DNA of 64,000 bases. It comes from Candidatus Latescibacterota bacterium (lineage in GTDB: Bacteria; Latescibacterota; UBA2968; UBA8231). The stretch spans positions 3,584,001 through 3,648,000 of the forward strand of contig OZ241889.1 in the NCBI GenBank assembly GCA_965203355.1, written 5' to 3'. The position numbers were made by a program, and so were the translations under genes. Under the pieces are notes generated by a model that did no database searches, was not told the origin of the DNA, and saw only the letters and a list, made by a program, of their open reading frames with translations. Each line of letters begins with the position of its first letter. Within the stretch, counting starts at the first letter, position 1. Of the stretch, positions 56,992 to 64,000 are shown piece by piece.

Positions 56992-58176
56992 CTAGGCTCT
57001 CCTTGTTCCTATCCCCAAAAACTCCCACGTCTGCCGCGCCACCACCAATTCCTCGTCGGTGCGCAGCACGTAAATGGGCACTCGGCTCGACGCGGCGTGT
57101 AGGCTGCCTTCCCCTTGCACGGCCTCATTTTCAGCCGCATCCATCACCACCCCCAAAAATCCCAAGTCGCGCAGAATTTCGCCGCGCACTACAGCCGAGT
57201 GCTCGCCCATGCCGCCGGTAAAGCTGATCGCGTCTAGCCCACCCATCTCCACCACAAAAGCCCCTAGCCAATCGCGCGCCGCCGTCGCCAGCACGGCTAT
57301 GGCCAAGGTACAGCGCCCGTCGCCGCTTTCCGCGCCCGCCTCAATGTCGCGCATATCGCTGTGCCCGCAAAGCCCCACTAGGCCGCCCTCGTTAGCGCAC
57401 TGCGCCAACACCTCGTCCCACGGTCGGCCCTCGTTGCGCATCACCAAGTCGAGCGCATACGGGTCTAAGTCGCCGATGCGGTTGTTTTGCGGCAACCCCC
57501 CCTGCGGACTTAACCCGTGCGACGCCCCCTGCGAGACCCCGTCCTTTATCGCACACAGCGACGAGGACCCGCCCAAGTGCATGTTGACGTGTTTGAGGTC
57601 AGCGCGGCCGACCCGTTCCGCGACCTTTTCAGCGGCGTAGCGATGGCTAGCCCCGTGGAAGCCGTAGCGCTGGATGCCGTACTGCTCGTACCAAGCGTAG
57701 GGCACCGCGTACATTTTGCGCCGCTGCGGCATGGCACCGTGAAACGCCGTCTCAAAACAGCCGACTCGCCGCGCCTTGGGAGCCGCCCGCGCAAACTGCC
57801 GAATCGCCGCTACATACGCGGGATTGTGCGCCGGGGCTAGCGGATAAAAGTCTTCCATCCGCCCGACCACGTCCTCGTCGAGCTCGACCACCCCAGAAAC
57901 AGCGCGGGCGTGTACCGCCTTAAAACCCACGGCGTCCAAGGCTTCTACCCCGCCCTCGGCCAAACGCGCCAGGGCCTCGTCAATCGCACGGGCGTGGTCG
58001 GGCAGTTCCACGGCCTGCGCAACAACCTCGGCGGCCTCGCCGATCTGGCAGGTGTGGATCGAGCCTGGTCCGCCGATCCGATCCATGCTGCCCCGCGCCA
58101 AAACCACTTCCTCGGGCATGGCAAAGACCTTGTACTTAAACGAGGTGCTGCCGAGATTGGCAACGAGGATTTTCAT
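56992..58176 (-). CDS. ackA: Acetate/propionate kinase
   Basis: ILVANLGSTSFKY, APAHNP, FETAFH, YGFHGASH, HLGGSSS, FTGGMGE, TDEE. Confidence 0.9.
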   Translation of the reverse strand: MKILVANLGSTSFKYKVFAMPEEVVLARGSMDRIGGPGSIHTCQIGEAAEVVAQAVELPDHARAIDEALARLAEGGVEALDAVGFKAVHARAVSGVVELDEDVVGRMEDFYPLAPAHNPAYVAAIRQFARAAPKARRVGCFETAFHGAMPQRRKMYAVPYAWYEQYGIQRYGFHGASHRYAAEKVAERVGRADLKHVNMHLGGSSSLCAIKDGVSQGASHGLSPQGGLPQNNRIGDLDPYALDLVMRNEGRPWDEVLAQCANEGGLVGLCGHSDMRDIEAGAESGDGRCTLAIAVLATAARDWLGAFVVEMGGLDAISFTGGMGEHSAVVRGEILRDLGFLGVVMDAAENEAVQGEGSLHAASSRVPIYVLRTDEELVVARQTWEFLGIGTRRA

Positions 58177-58177
58177 C

Positions 58178-59377
58178 TTAGGGCCGCGCGGGGCTGCCGT
58201 CGGGCAAGCGCGTCTGCGTCCACCCGATGACCTCGTCGGCACAGGGGTACTGGGCCGCTAAGTCCTCGTCGATGTCGATCCCCAACCCGGGTCCGTCGCT
58301 CGGATACAGGTATCCATTGCGCACCTCGGGCAACCCCGGAAACATCTCGTACACGTGCTGCGGGAATCGGCACCACTCTTGGATCCCAAAGTTAGGCGCC
58401 CACAAGTCCAAATGCAGGTTGGCCGCGTGCCCCACCGGCGAGGTGTCGCCCGGGCCGTGCCAAGCCGTGCGCACCCCGTACATCTGCCCAAAAGCGGCGA
58501 CATGGCGCGCTGGCGTGATCCCGCCCATCTGGCTGACGTGCATGCGCATGAAGTCGATGAGCCGTCCCTCAATGAGCGGCCGCCACTCGTGCGGATGGTT
58601 GAACAACTCGCCCATAGCCTGCGGCGTCGCGCACTGCTGGCGGATATGGCGGAACCACTCAATGTCTTCGGGCGCGAGCGCGTCCTCCAAAAAGAACAGT
58701 TTGAACTCCTCCACGTCCTTGGCAAAACCCACCGCCTCAATCGGGTGTAGCCGCTCGTGGACATCGTGCAGCAGTTCCACTGCAAAGCCCAGTTCTGCGC
58801 GGATGTGCGCGAACATCCGCAGGTGGTTCATCGCGTACTCTTTGCGGTTGTAGTACGCACCTTCGGGCGCGCCCTCGGGCTTGACCAAGGTCGTTGCCTT
58901 GCCGCCGTACCCGCCCATCTGGCAGCGGATGTAGCGATAGCCTTGCTCCTGAAACTGGCGGATGCTATCGACGACAGCCTCGGGCGTGTCGCCCCCGGCG
59001 TGGCCGTACACGGCCGCGCCCTCGCGGCACTTGCCGCCCAAAAGCTGATAAACCGGCATCCCCGCCCGTTTGCCCTTGATGTCCCACAGCGCCTGATCGA
59101 CGCCAGAGATGGCGTTGTTGAGCACTGGGCCGTTGCGCCAATAGCCGTTGACCATCAACATCTGCCACGTTTCTTCGATGCGGTCCACGTCGCGGCCAAT
59201 GAGAAAGGGCTTGAGATGCTGCTCAAGGGCCGCATGGACGGCGTGGAAGCGCTGGGTAAAAGTCGCGCAACCGAGTCCGAACAGACCGTCATCCGACGTT
59301 GTGATCTTGACGATGACCAAGCGGGAGCCAGCGGGTTGGGTGAGAATGGTGCGGACGTCTTTAATGGTAACGGGCAT
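58178..59377 (-). CDS. Enolase-superfamily sugar-acid dehydratase (RspA/mannonate dehydratase-like)
   Basis: YWRNGPVLNNAISGVDQALWDIKGK, LLHDVHERL, FFLED, MGELFN, TAWHGPGD. Confidence 0.9.
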   Translation of the reverse strand: MPVTIKDVRTILTQPAGSRLVIVKITTSDDGLFGLGCATFTQRFHAVHAALEQHLKPFLIGRDVDRIEETWQMLMVNGYWRNGPVLNNAISGVDQALWDIKGKRAGMPVYQLLGGKCREGAAVYGHAGGDTPEAVVDSIRQFQEQGYRYIRCQMGGYGGKATTLVKPEGAPEGAYYNRKEYAMNHLRMFAHIRAELGFAVELLHDVHERLHPIEAVGFAKDVEEFKLFFLEDALAPEDIEWFRHIRQQCATPQAMGELFNHPHEWRPLIEGRLIDFMRMHVSQMGGITPARHVAAFGQMYGVRTAWHGPGDTSPVGHAANLHLDLWAPNFGIQEWCRFPQHVYEMFPGLPEVRNGYLYPSDGPGLGIDIDEDLAAQYPCADEVIGWTQTRLPDGSPARP

Positions 59378-59412
59378 GAGCGCTCCTTAGTTGGTGGTGA
59401 AAATCAGGGGGT

Positions 59413-59442
59413 ATTCTGCACATCGGCCCGCGTTTTTGTCAA
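59413..59442 (-). promoter_or_regulatory. Possible sigma70 promoter for the dehydratase-ackA-ptuAB run
   Basis: Minus strand TTGACA-18 bp-CAGAAT, upstream of an AAGGAG RBS. Confidence 0.4.
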
Positions 59443-59493
59443 GGGTGCGCCGTCCTTGTCGAGGCGGGCGGCGACGGTTAACTTAATCCCTCC

Positions 59494-60303
59494 ATGCCGT
59501 GGCAACAAGCACTCATCTTAGGGCTGGTCCAAGGGCTGACGGAATTTTTGCCCATCAGCAGTACAGCGCACCTGCGAGTAGTCCCTCATTTTCTCGGATG
59601 GGACGATCCGGGCACGGCGTTTTCTGCGGTGATTCAGCTAGGGACGCTCGCGGCCGTGTTCGCGTATTTCACCGCCGATGTCAAAAAACTGCTCGTCGCC
59701 GCAGTACACGGGGTGATGCACCGCAACTTCAACCACAGCCCGGACTGCCGCATGGCGTGGTCCATTGCCGTGGGCACCATTCCCATTGCCGCGCTCGGCC
59801 TCGGCGGACGCGACTTTATCGAGACCGAGGCGCGCCAACTCCCCCTCATCGCCGCAAGCCTGATCGTCCTCGCGCTGTTTTTGCTACTGGCCGAGCGCGT
59901 GGGGCGGCGCGAGCGCACCATGCAAGAGCTCGGCTTCTGGTCGATTCAACTCATCGGCCTGTGTCAAGCGCTCGCCCTGATCCCCGGGTGTTCGCGGTCT
60001 GGCTCGACGATCATGGGTGGACTTTTTGTCGGCCTCCAGCGCGCGGATGCGGCCCGCTTCTCCTTCTTGCTCGGCCTGCCAGCCATTGGCGCCAGCGGCC
60101 TCCTGCAACTATTCGACCTGCTCGAAGGCGGTCTAGGCCGGGCCGGGCTGCTGAGTTTGGGCTTGGGGATTTTCGCCGCGGCCACGAGCGGCTATTTATC
60201 CATTGGCCTCTTACTCCGCTTCCTCCAGCGCCACGGCACGTACTCGTTTGCCGCTTATCGCATCCTGCTCGGCGGACTCATCTTCTACTCACTGTACGGC
60301 TAA
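59494..60303 (+). CDS. uppP: Undecaprenyl-diphosphate phosphatase
   Basis: LGLVQGLTEFLPISSTAHL, QALALIPGCSRSGSTI, AARFSFLL. Confidence 0.95.
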   Translation: MPWQQALILGLVQGLTEFLPISSTAHLRVVPHFLGWDDPGTAFSAVIQLGTLAAVFAYFTADVKKLLVAAVHGVMHRNFNHSPDCRMAWSIAVGTIPIAALGLGGRDFIETEARQLPLIAASLIVLALFLLLAERVGRRERTMQELGFWSIQLIGLCQALALIPGCSRSGSTIMGGLFVGLQRADAARFSFLLGLPAIGASGLLQLFDLLEGGLGRAGLLSLGLGIFAAATSGYLSIGLLLRFLQRHGTYSFAAYRILLGGLIFYSLYG

Positions 60304-60320
60304 TTCCAACGGAGCTATTC

Positions 60321-61097
60321 ATGTATCCCAACCCCCTGAAATCGCGTTTGCAGCGTGGCGAAATCCTCCTCGGCACCAGCCTGCCGGCCCCCACCCCCCA
60401 CGCGGCCGGGTCGGTCATCACCACTGGCCCCGATTTCCTCTGGGCCGACACCGAGCACATGCCCCACGCCACCGAAGCACTCGACTCAATTTTGGTGCTG
60501 GCGCGGATGCGCGGCGTCGCGCCGATGGTGCGCGTGGCGTGGAACGATCCCGCGCTGATTAAGAAGGCGTACGACGCCGGGGCAGTCGCCGTAATGGTGC
60601 CCCAAGTCGATACGGCCGCCGAAGCCACGGCCGCGGTCGAGGCCGCCCGCTACGCACCCGAAGGCCGACGCGGTCTCTCGCCCATGTGGACCCACATCGC
60701 CGGCGCGGACTGGAACGAAGTCATCAAAACCGCCAATGCGGAAACGCTCGTCGTCCTCCAGCTCGAAAGCCAGCGAGCCTACGACAATTTGGATGAGATC
60801 AAGCGCGTGCCCGGCATTGACGTGATTTTCGTCGGGCCGTTGGACCTGTCGGCCACCGTGGGGACGATCACCGACACCGGGTCGCGGCCAGTGCAGCAAA
60901 TCATGCGCACCGTGCCGCAACAGCTAGCGGACACGGGTATCGCCGTGGGCACTACGCTGATGGGCGTGTCCGAGATCCAAGAGAAGATTCGCTGGGGCTA
61001 TCGCTTCCTCAATGTCGGCAATGCCCTCCGCTACGGCGTACAAGTCCTCGCCGATCACCTAGCGACCTTGCGCGCCGATCCACGCGGCGACAAATAA
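60321..61097 (+). CDS. HpcH/HpaI aldolase family
   Basis: GGAG RBS + ATG 60321. DFLWADTEH, MVPQVDT, RY.PEG.RG, QLES, FVGPLDLS. Confidence 0.9.
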   Translation: MYPNPLKSRLQRGEILLGTSLPAPTPHAAGSVITTGPDFLWADTEHMPHATEALDSILVLARMRGVAPMVRVAWNDPALIKKAYDAGAVAVMVPQVDTAAEATAAVEAARYAPEGRRGLSPMWTHIAGADWNEVIKTANAETLVVLQLESQRAYDNLDEIKRVPGIDVIFVGPLDLSATVGTITDTGSRPVQQIMRTVPQQLADTGIAVGTTLMGVSEIQEKIRWGYRFLNVGNALRYGVQVLADHLATLRADPRGDK

Positions 61098-61105
61098 CGG
61101 TAAAA

Positions 61106-62169
61106 GACGGCGAGGAACGCTTCGCCCGCTTGCAAGCGGGCCGTAGGCTGTCGATCTGACGTTCATAAAGAAAATGGGACCTCAAACCGAAAATTGAGGT
61201 CCCATTTTCGTAACTCGCGGTGCCGTGGGTGCTACTTGAGCAGCAGCAGCTTGATGTCGACAAACGCTTCGTCCGCCTGCAAGCGGGCCGTAGGCTGTCG
61301 ATCTGACGTTCATACGAAAATGGGACCTCAAACCGAAAATTGAGGTCCCATTTCCGTAACTTGCGGTGTCGCGGGTGCTGCTTGAGCAGCAGCAGCTTGA
61401 TGTCGACAAACGCTTCGTCCGCCTGCAAGCGGGCCGTAGCCTGTCGATCTGACGTTCATAAGAAAATGGGACCCCAGAACATCGGGGTCCCATTTTCGTA
61501 ACTCGCGGTGTCGCGGGGCTACTTGAGCAGCAGCAGCTTGATGTCGACAAACGCTTCGCCCGCTTGCAAGCGGTCCGTAGGCTGTCGATCTGACGTTCAT
61601 AAGAAAATGGGACCCCAGAACATCGGGGTCCCATTTCCGTAACTCGCGGTGTCGCGGGGGCTACTTGAGCAGCAGCAGCTTCTGGACGGCGAGGAAATCG
61701 CCGCCCGCTTGCAAGCGGGCCGTAGCCTGTCGATCTGACGTTCATAAGAAAATGGGACCCCAGAAAACTGAGGTCCCATTTCCGTAACTCGCCAACATCG
61801 TGTCGCGTGTGCTACTTGAGCAGCAACATCTTCTTGACGGCGAGGAACGCTTCGTCCGCTTGCAAGCGGGCCGTAGGCTGTCGATCTGACGTTCATAAGA
61901 AAATGGGACCTCAAACCGAAAATTAAGGTCCCATTTCCGTAACTTGCGGTGTCGCGGGTGCTGCTTGAGCAGCAACATCTTCTTGACGGCGAGGAAATCG
62001 CCGCCCGCTTGCAAGCGGGCCGTAGCCTGTCGATCTGACGTTCATAAGAAAATGGGACCCCAGAAAACTGAGGTCCCATTTCCGTAACTCGCCAACATCG
62101 TGTCGCGTGTGCTACTTGAGCAGCAACATCTTCTTGATGTCGAGGAAATCACCGCCCGCTTGCAAGCGG
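61106..62169 (-). repeat. Tandem array of seven 141-151-bp units plus the gene's own 3' end; each unit = palindrome + variant C-terminal tail + stop + terminator hairpin
   Basis: Unit starts at 61106, 61253, 61399, 61540, 61685, 61836, 61985 and 62136 (partial). Conserved CTGTCGATCTGACGTTCATA and AAATGGGACC...GGTCCCATTT. Confidence 0.95.
62044..62082 (-). terminator. Intrinsic terminator of the 62112.. gene (repeated in every array unit)
   Basis: Minus strand AAATGGGACCTCAG-TTTT-CTGGGGTCCCATTT followed by TCTTAT, ~30 nt after the stop. Confidence 0.7.
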
Positions 62170-64000
62170 TAGAAATACATTCCCGACGACACGCTCTGGC
62201 CGCTATCGTTGGTCGCGTCCCACTCCACCGCGTAACGACCCGCCGCCTGATGCTCGGCGACCAGCGTCCGCACCGGCTGACCCAACACGTTATACACCGT
62301 CAGCCCCACGTCCGCCGCCTGCGGCAACGCATACTGAATCGTCGTCTGCGGATTGAACGGGTTCGGATAGTTGGCTGCCAGCGAGAACACGGCCGGGCGC
62401 GTCTGTAACGACACCGGCGCGGGCAATGCCAGCCGGTTGAAGCCCAACGCCCGGTCATACGTCTGGCTGTCGGTGACTTCGAGCGTCGTGTGCGCGATCT
62501 CGGTCGTCGGCCGGAAGACTAAGCGCAGCATCAGCTCGCCGTCCGAAACGACGTCGCCGTGAGCGGCTACCGTCAACACGCCCGCTTGGTCGGCCAGCAC
62601 CTGCGGCGTAGCGAATGCGCTGCCGCCCAGCGGCTGATCGGTCCGCGCCTCGACGAAGGTCAACTGGTCGGCGTCATAGGCTACCTGCAAGCCGTAGCCT
62701 TTGACCGCCACGAAGTCGGCTAACCGCACATTAACGACGAACTCTTCTCCCACGCTCGGCAGGGCGGCTGGCGCGTCCAAATACAGTCGCGCGTCCCCAT
62801 TCAGCCCGGTCCGCAACGGCACCGGCTTGCCTGAGACCGCGAGGCTGCGACCGAAATGGTCGGCCAACACGAAGAAATCGTCGAAGTCAATCGTCCCATT
62901 CGGCGCCAGGTCAAACGCCGGATCAAACCCGGCGTCGCCCGCCGTCAAGCCGAAGCGGTCGGCCAACACGAAGAAATCGTCGAACCCAATGCGCCCGTCG
63001 GCGCCGAACAGCCCCAACAGAGCCTGTCCTTGACTATCGGCCACCCGGTTGCGCACGGCCAGCGCGGTATGCTCGACCGAACCGGTCTCGTTGTCTAAGT
63101 CGAAAGCACGCACCTGATAGGTATAATGCACCCCATGCTGCGCCGTCTCATCGACGAAAGACGAACGTCCCGCCTCCACCTCGGCGACCACGGAAAACGC
63201 TTCTGCTCCGACGGCTCGGCGATAGATGCGGTAGCCATGCACACCGACGACCGGCTCGACCGGCGCCGGGCCTAGCGCGCCAGCCACAACCCCTTGCAGC
63301 ACCTGATCCGACGGCGACAGCGTCCACGTCAGCGCGATGCGACCACCCTGATCGTCCGGCGCATCCAACACCTGCAACGCCGACACGGCCAATGGCGCGA
63401 TGTCGTCGGTCGCCCGCACAGCCTCGGCCGTCCAAGTAATCGACGAACTCAGCACACTACTGACGACATTTAGCTTCGGCGCCACGCCGCGAGCGTAAGC
63501 CAATGCTTCCGGCAGCAACGACGCCAGCACCGGCCCTTCCTGCGCGGCATTCCGGCTGGCTTGCAGTGTCTTGGCCATCTGCGCGTAAGGCGCGGTCAGG
63601 TCGTCGGCCTCGACGAACACGGCTTTGGCCATCGTGTGCGTGGTGCGCCCCCCGCGCTCGGCGGCAATGCCCCAGCGCGTCGAGACGTTATCCAGCGTCG
63701 CCACGATGGCGCGGCCCATCGCTACGCCGGGCACGGCATCCACTCGCGCCCACGGCACCATCTCATTTTCCAGCACCGGCAATGCGCGGAAGATGCGATA
63801 GCCGTCCAGCGACTTATGATCGGCCGACAACTCCCAAGACAGCATCACGAAACCGCCTTGGTCGCCTTGGCCGTCTGCACCTTTGTAGTCTTCGGCGACC
63901 AGATTGGTCGGCGCCGACAGCGGCGGCTCCACCACCGCCATGCCCACCGGCAGCGACTGACTCGCGCCGCTGGCATCTACGACCGTGTAAGTCGCGACCG
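62112..64000 (-). CDS. Large secreted protein (5' end outside window): Ig/FN3-like, dockerin/EF-hand-like pair, cohesin-like domain, NYPNPFN/FlgD T9SS type-A-like CTD
   Basis: Frame open to the window end. Duplicated FDDFFVLAD.FG, GEEFVVNVRL...GYGLQVAYD, NYPNPFNP...WDATND...SGMYFYRL...KKMLLLK*. Confidence 0.85.
   Translation of the reverse strand, partial: VATYTVVDASGASQSLPVGMAVVEPPLSAPTNLVAEDYKGADGQGDQGGFVMLSWELSADHKSLDGYRIFRALPVLENEMVPWARVDAVPGVAMGRAIVATLDNVSTRWGIAAERGGRTTHTMAKAVFVEADDLTAPYAQMAKTLQASRNAAQEGPVLASLLPEALAYARGVAPKLNVVSSVLSSSITWTAEAVRATDDIAPLAVSALQVLDAPDDQGGRIALTWTLSPSDQVLQGVVAGALGPAPVEPVVGVHGYRIYRRAVGAEAFSVVAEVEAGRSSFVDETAQHGVHYTYQVRAFDLDNETGSVEHTALAVRNRVADSQGQALLGLFGADGRIGFDDFFVLADRFGLTAGDAGFDPAFDLAPNGTIDFDDFFVLADHFGRSLAVSGKPVPLRTGLNGDARLYLDAPAALPSVGEEFVVNVRLADFVAVKGYGLQVAYDADQLTFVEARTDQPLGGSAFATPQVLADQAGVLTVAAHGDVVSDGELMLRLVFRPTTEIAHTTLEVTDSQTYDRALGFNRLALPAPVSLQTRPAVFSLAANYPNPFNPQTTIQYALPQAADVGLTVYNVLGQPVRTLVAEHQAAGRYAVEWDATNDSGQSVSSGMYFYRLQAGGDFLDIKKMLLLK

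Noticed and set aside
54840-57000. Retron
   Set aside because: PtuAB-like genes are present, but there is no RT and no room for msr/msd upstream (ackA abuts ptuA).
59499-60320. Long 5' extension of the aldolase ORF (similar extensions at 12168, 43095, 58242)
   Set aside because: Overlaps a bona fide gene in another frame; internal starts with an RBS or translational coupling fit the family N-termini.
61009-62079. ORF-track proteins across the array
   Set aside because: These are read-through of repeat units in several frames with no RBS; treated as non-coding apart from the tail fragments.
61106-62169. CRISPR array
   Set aside because: Units are similar along their full ~146 bp with no unique spacers, they derive from the adjacent gene end, and no cas genes are present.
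61106-62169. Diversity-generating retroelement TR/VR pair
   Set aside because: Differences are not confined to adenines and no reverse transcriptase is in the window.

Overview
GC-rich bacterial DNA. Gene content (FlgD-Ig C-terminal proteins, DUF6785-like membrane proteins, CRTAC1 propellers, WD40/TPR proteins, a C-terminal SWGxxK motif) suggests a Latescibacterota-like, possibly host-associated organism; this is inference only. The left 41 kb holds two paralogous copies of an uncharacterised envelope module: several secreted proteins with a TPNGDG/FlgD-type C-domain ending in VAY/VVY, a ~870-aa putative beta-barrel with an acidic Ca-binding-like insert, a SurA/PrsA-like lipoprotein and a conserved lipoprotein. 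Linked to it are a 1530-aa degenerate M28-peptidase/FtsX fusion, two DUF6785-like proteins and an OPT-like transporter. Other highlights: (i) a CRTAC1/ASPIC-UnbV gene interrupted by an in-frame UGA followed directly by an fdhF-like SECIS hairpin (candidate selenoprotein); (ii) seven ~146-bp tandem units, each repeating a variant 3' end (sorting-signal tail, stop, terminator) of the neighbouring secreted-protein gene and joined at a palindrome; (iii) a secreted WD40 protein with near-identical repeats, hypervariable loops and a 1-bp frameshift; (iv) a Septu-like PtuAB pair. The rest is sugar-acid and housekeeping metabolism. No rRNA, tRNA, CRISPR, transposase or integrase was recognised. All family assignments come from motif reading, not database searches.
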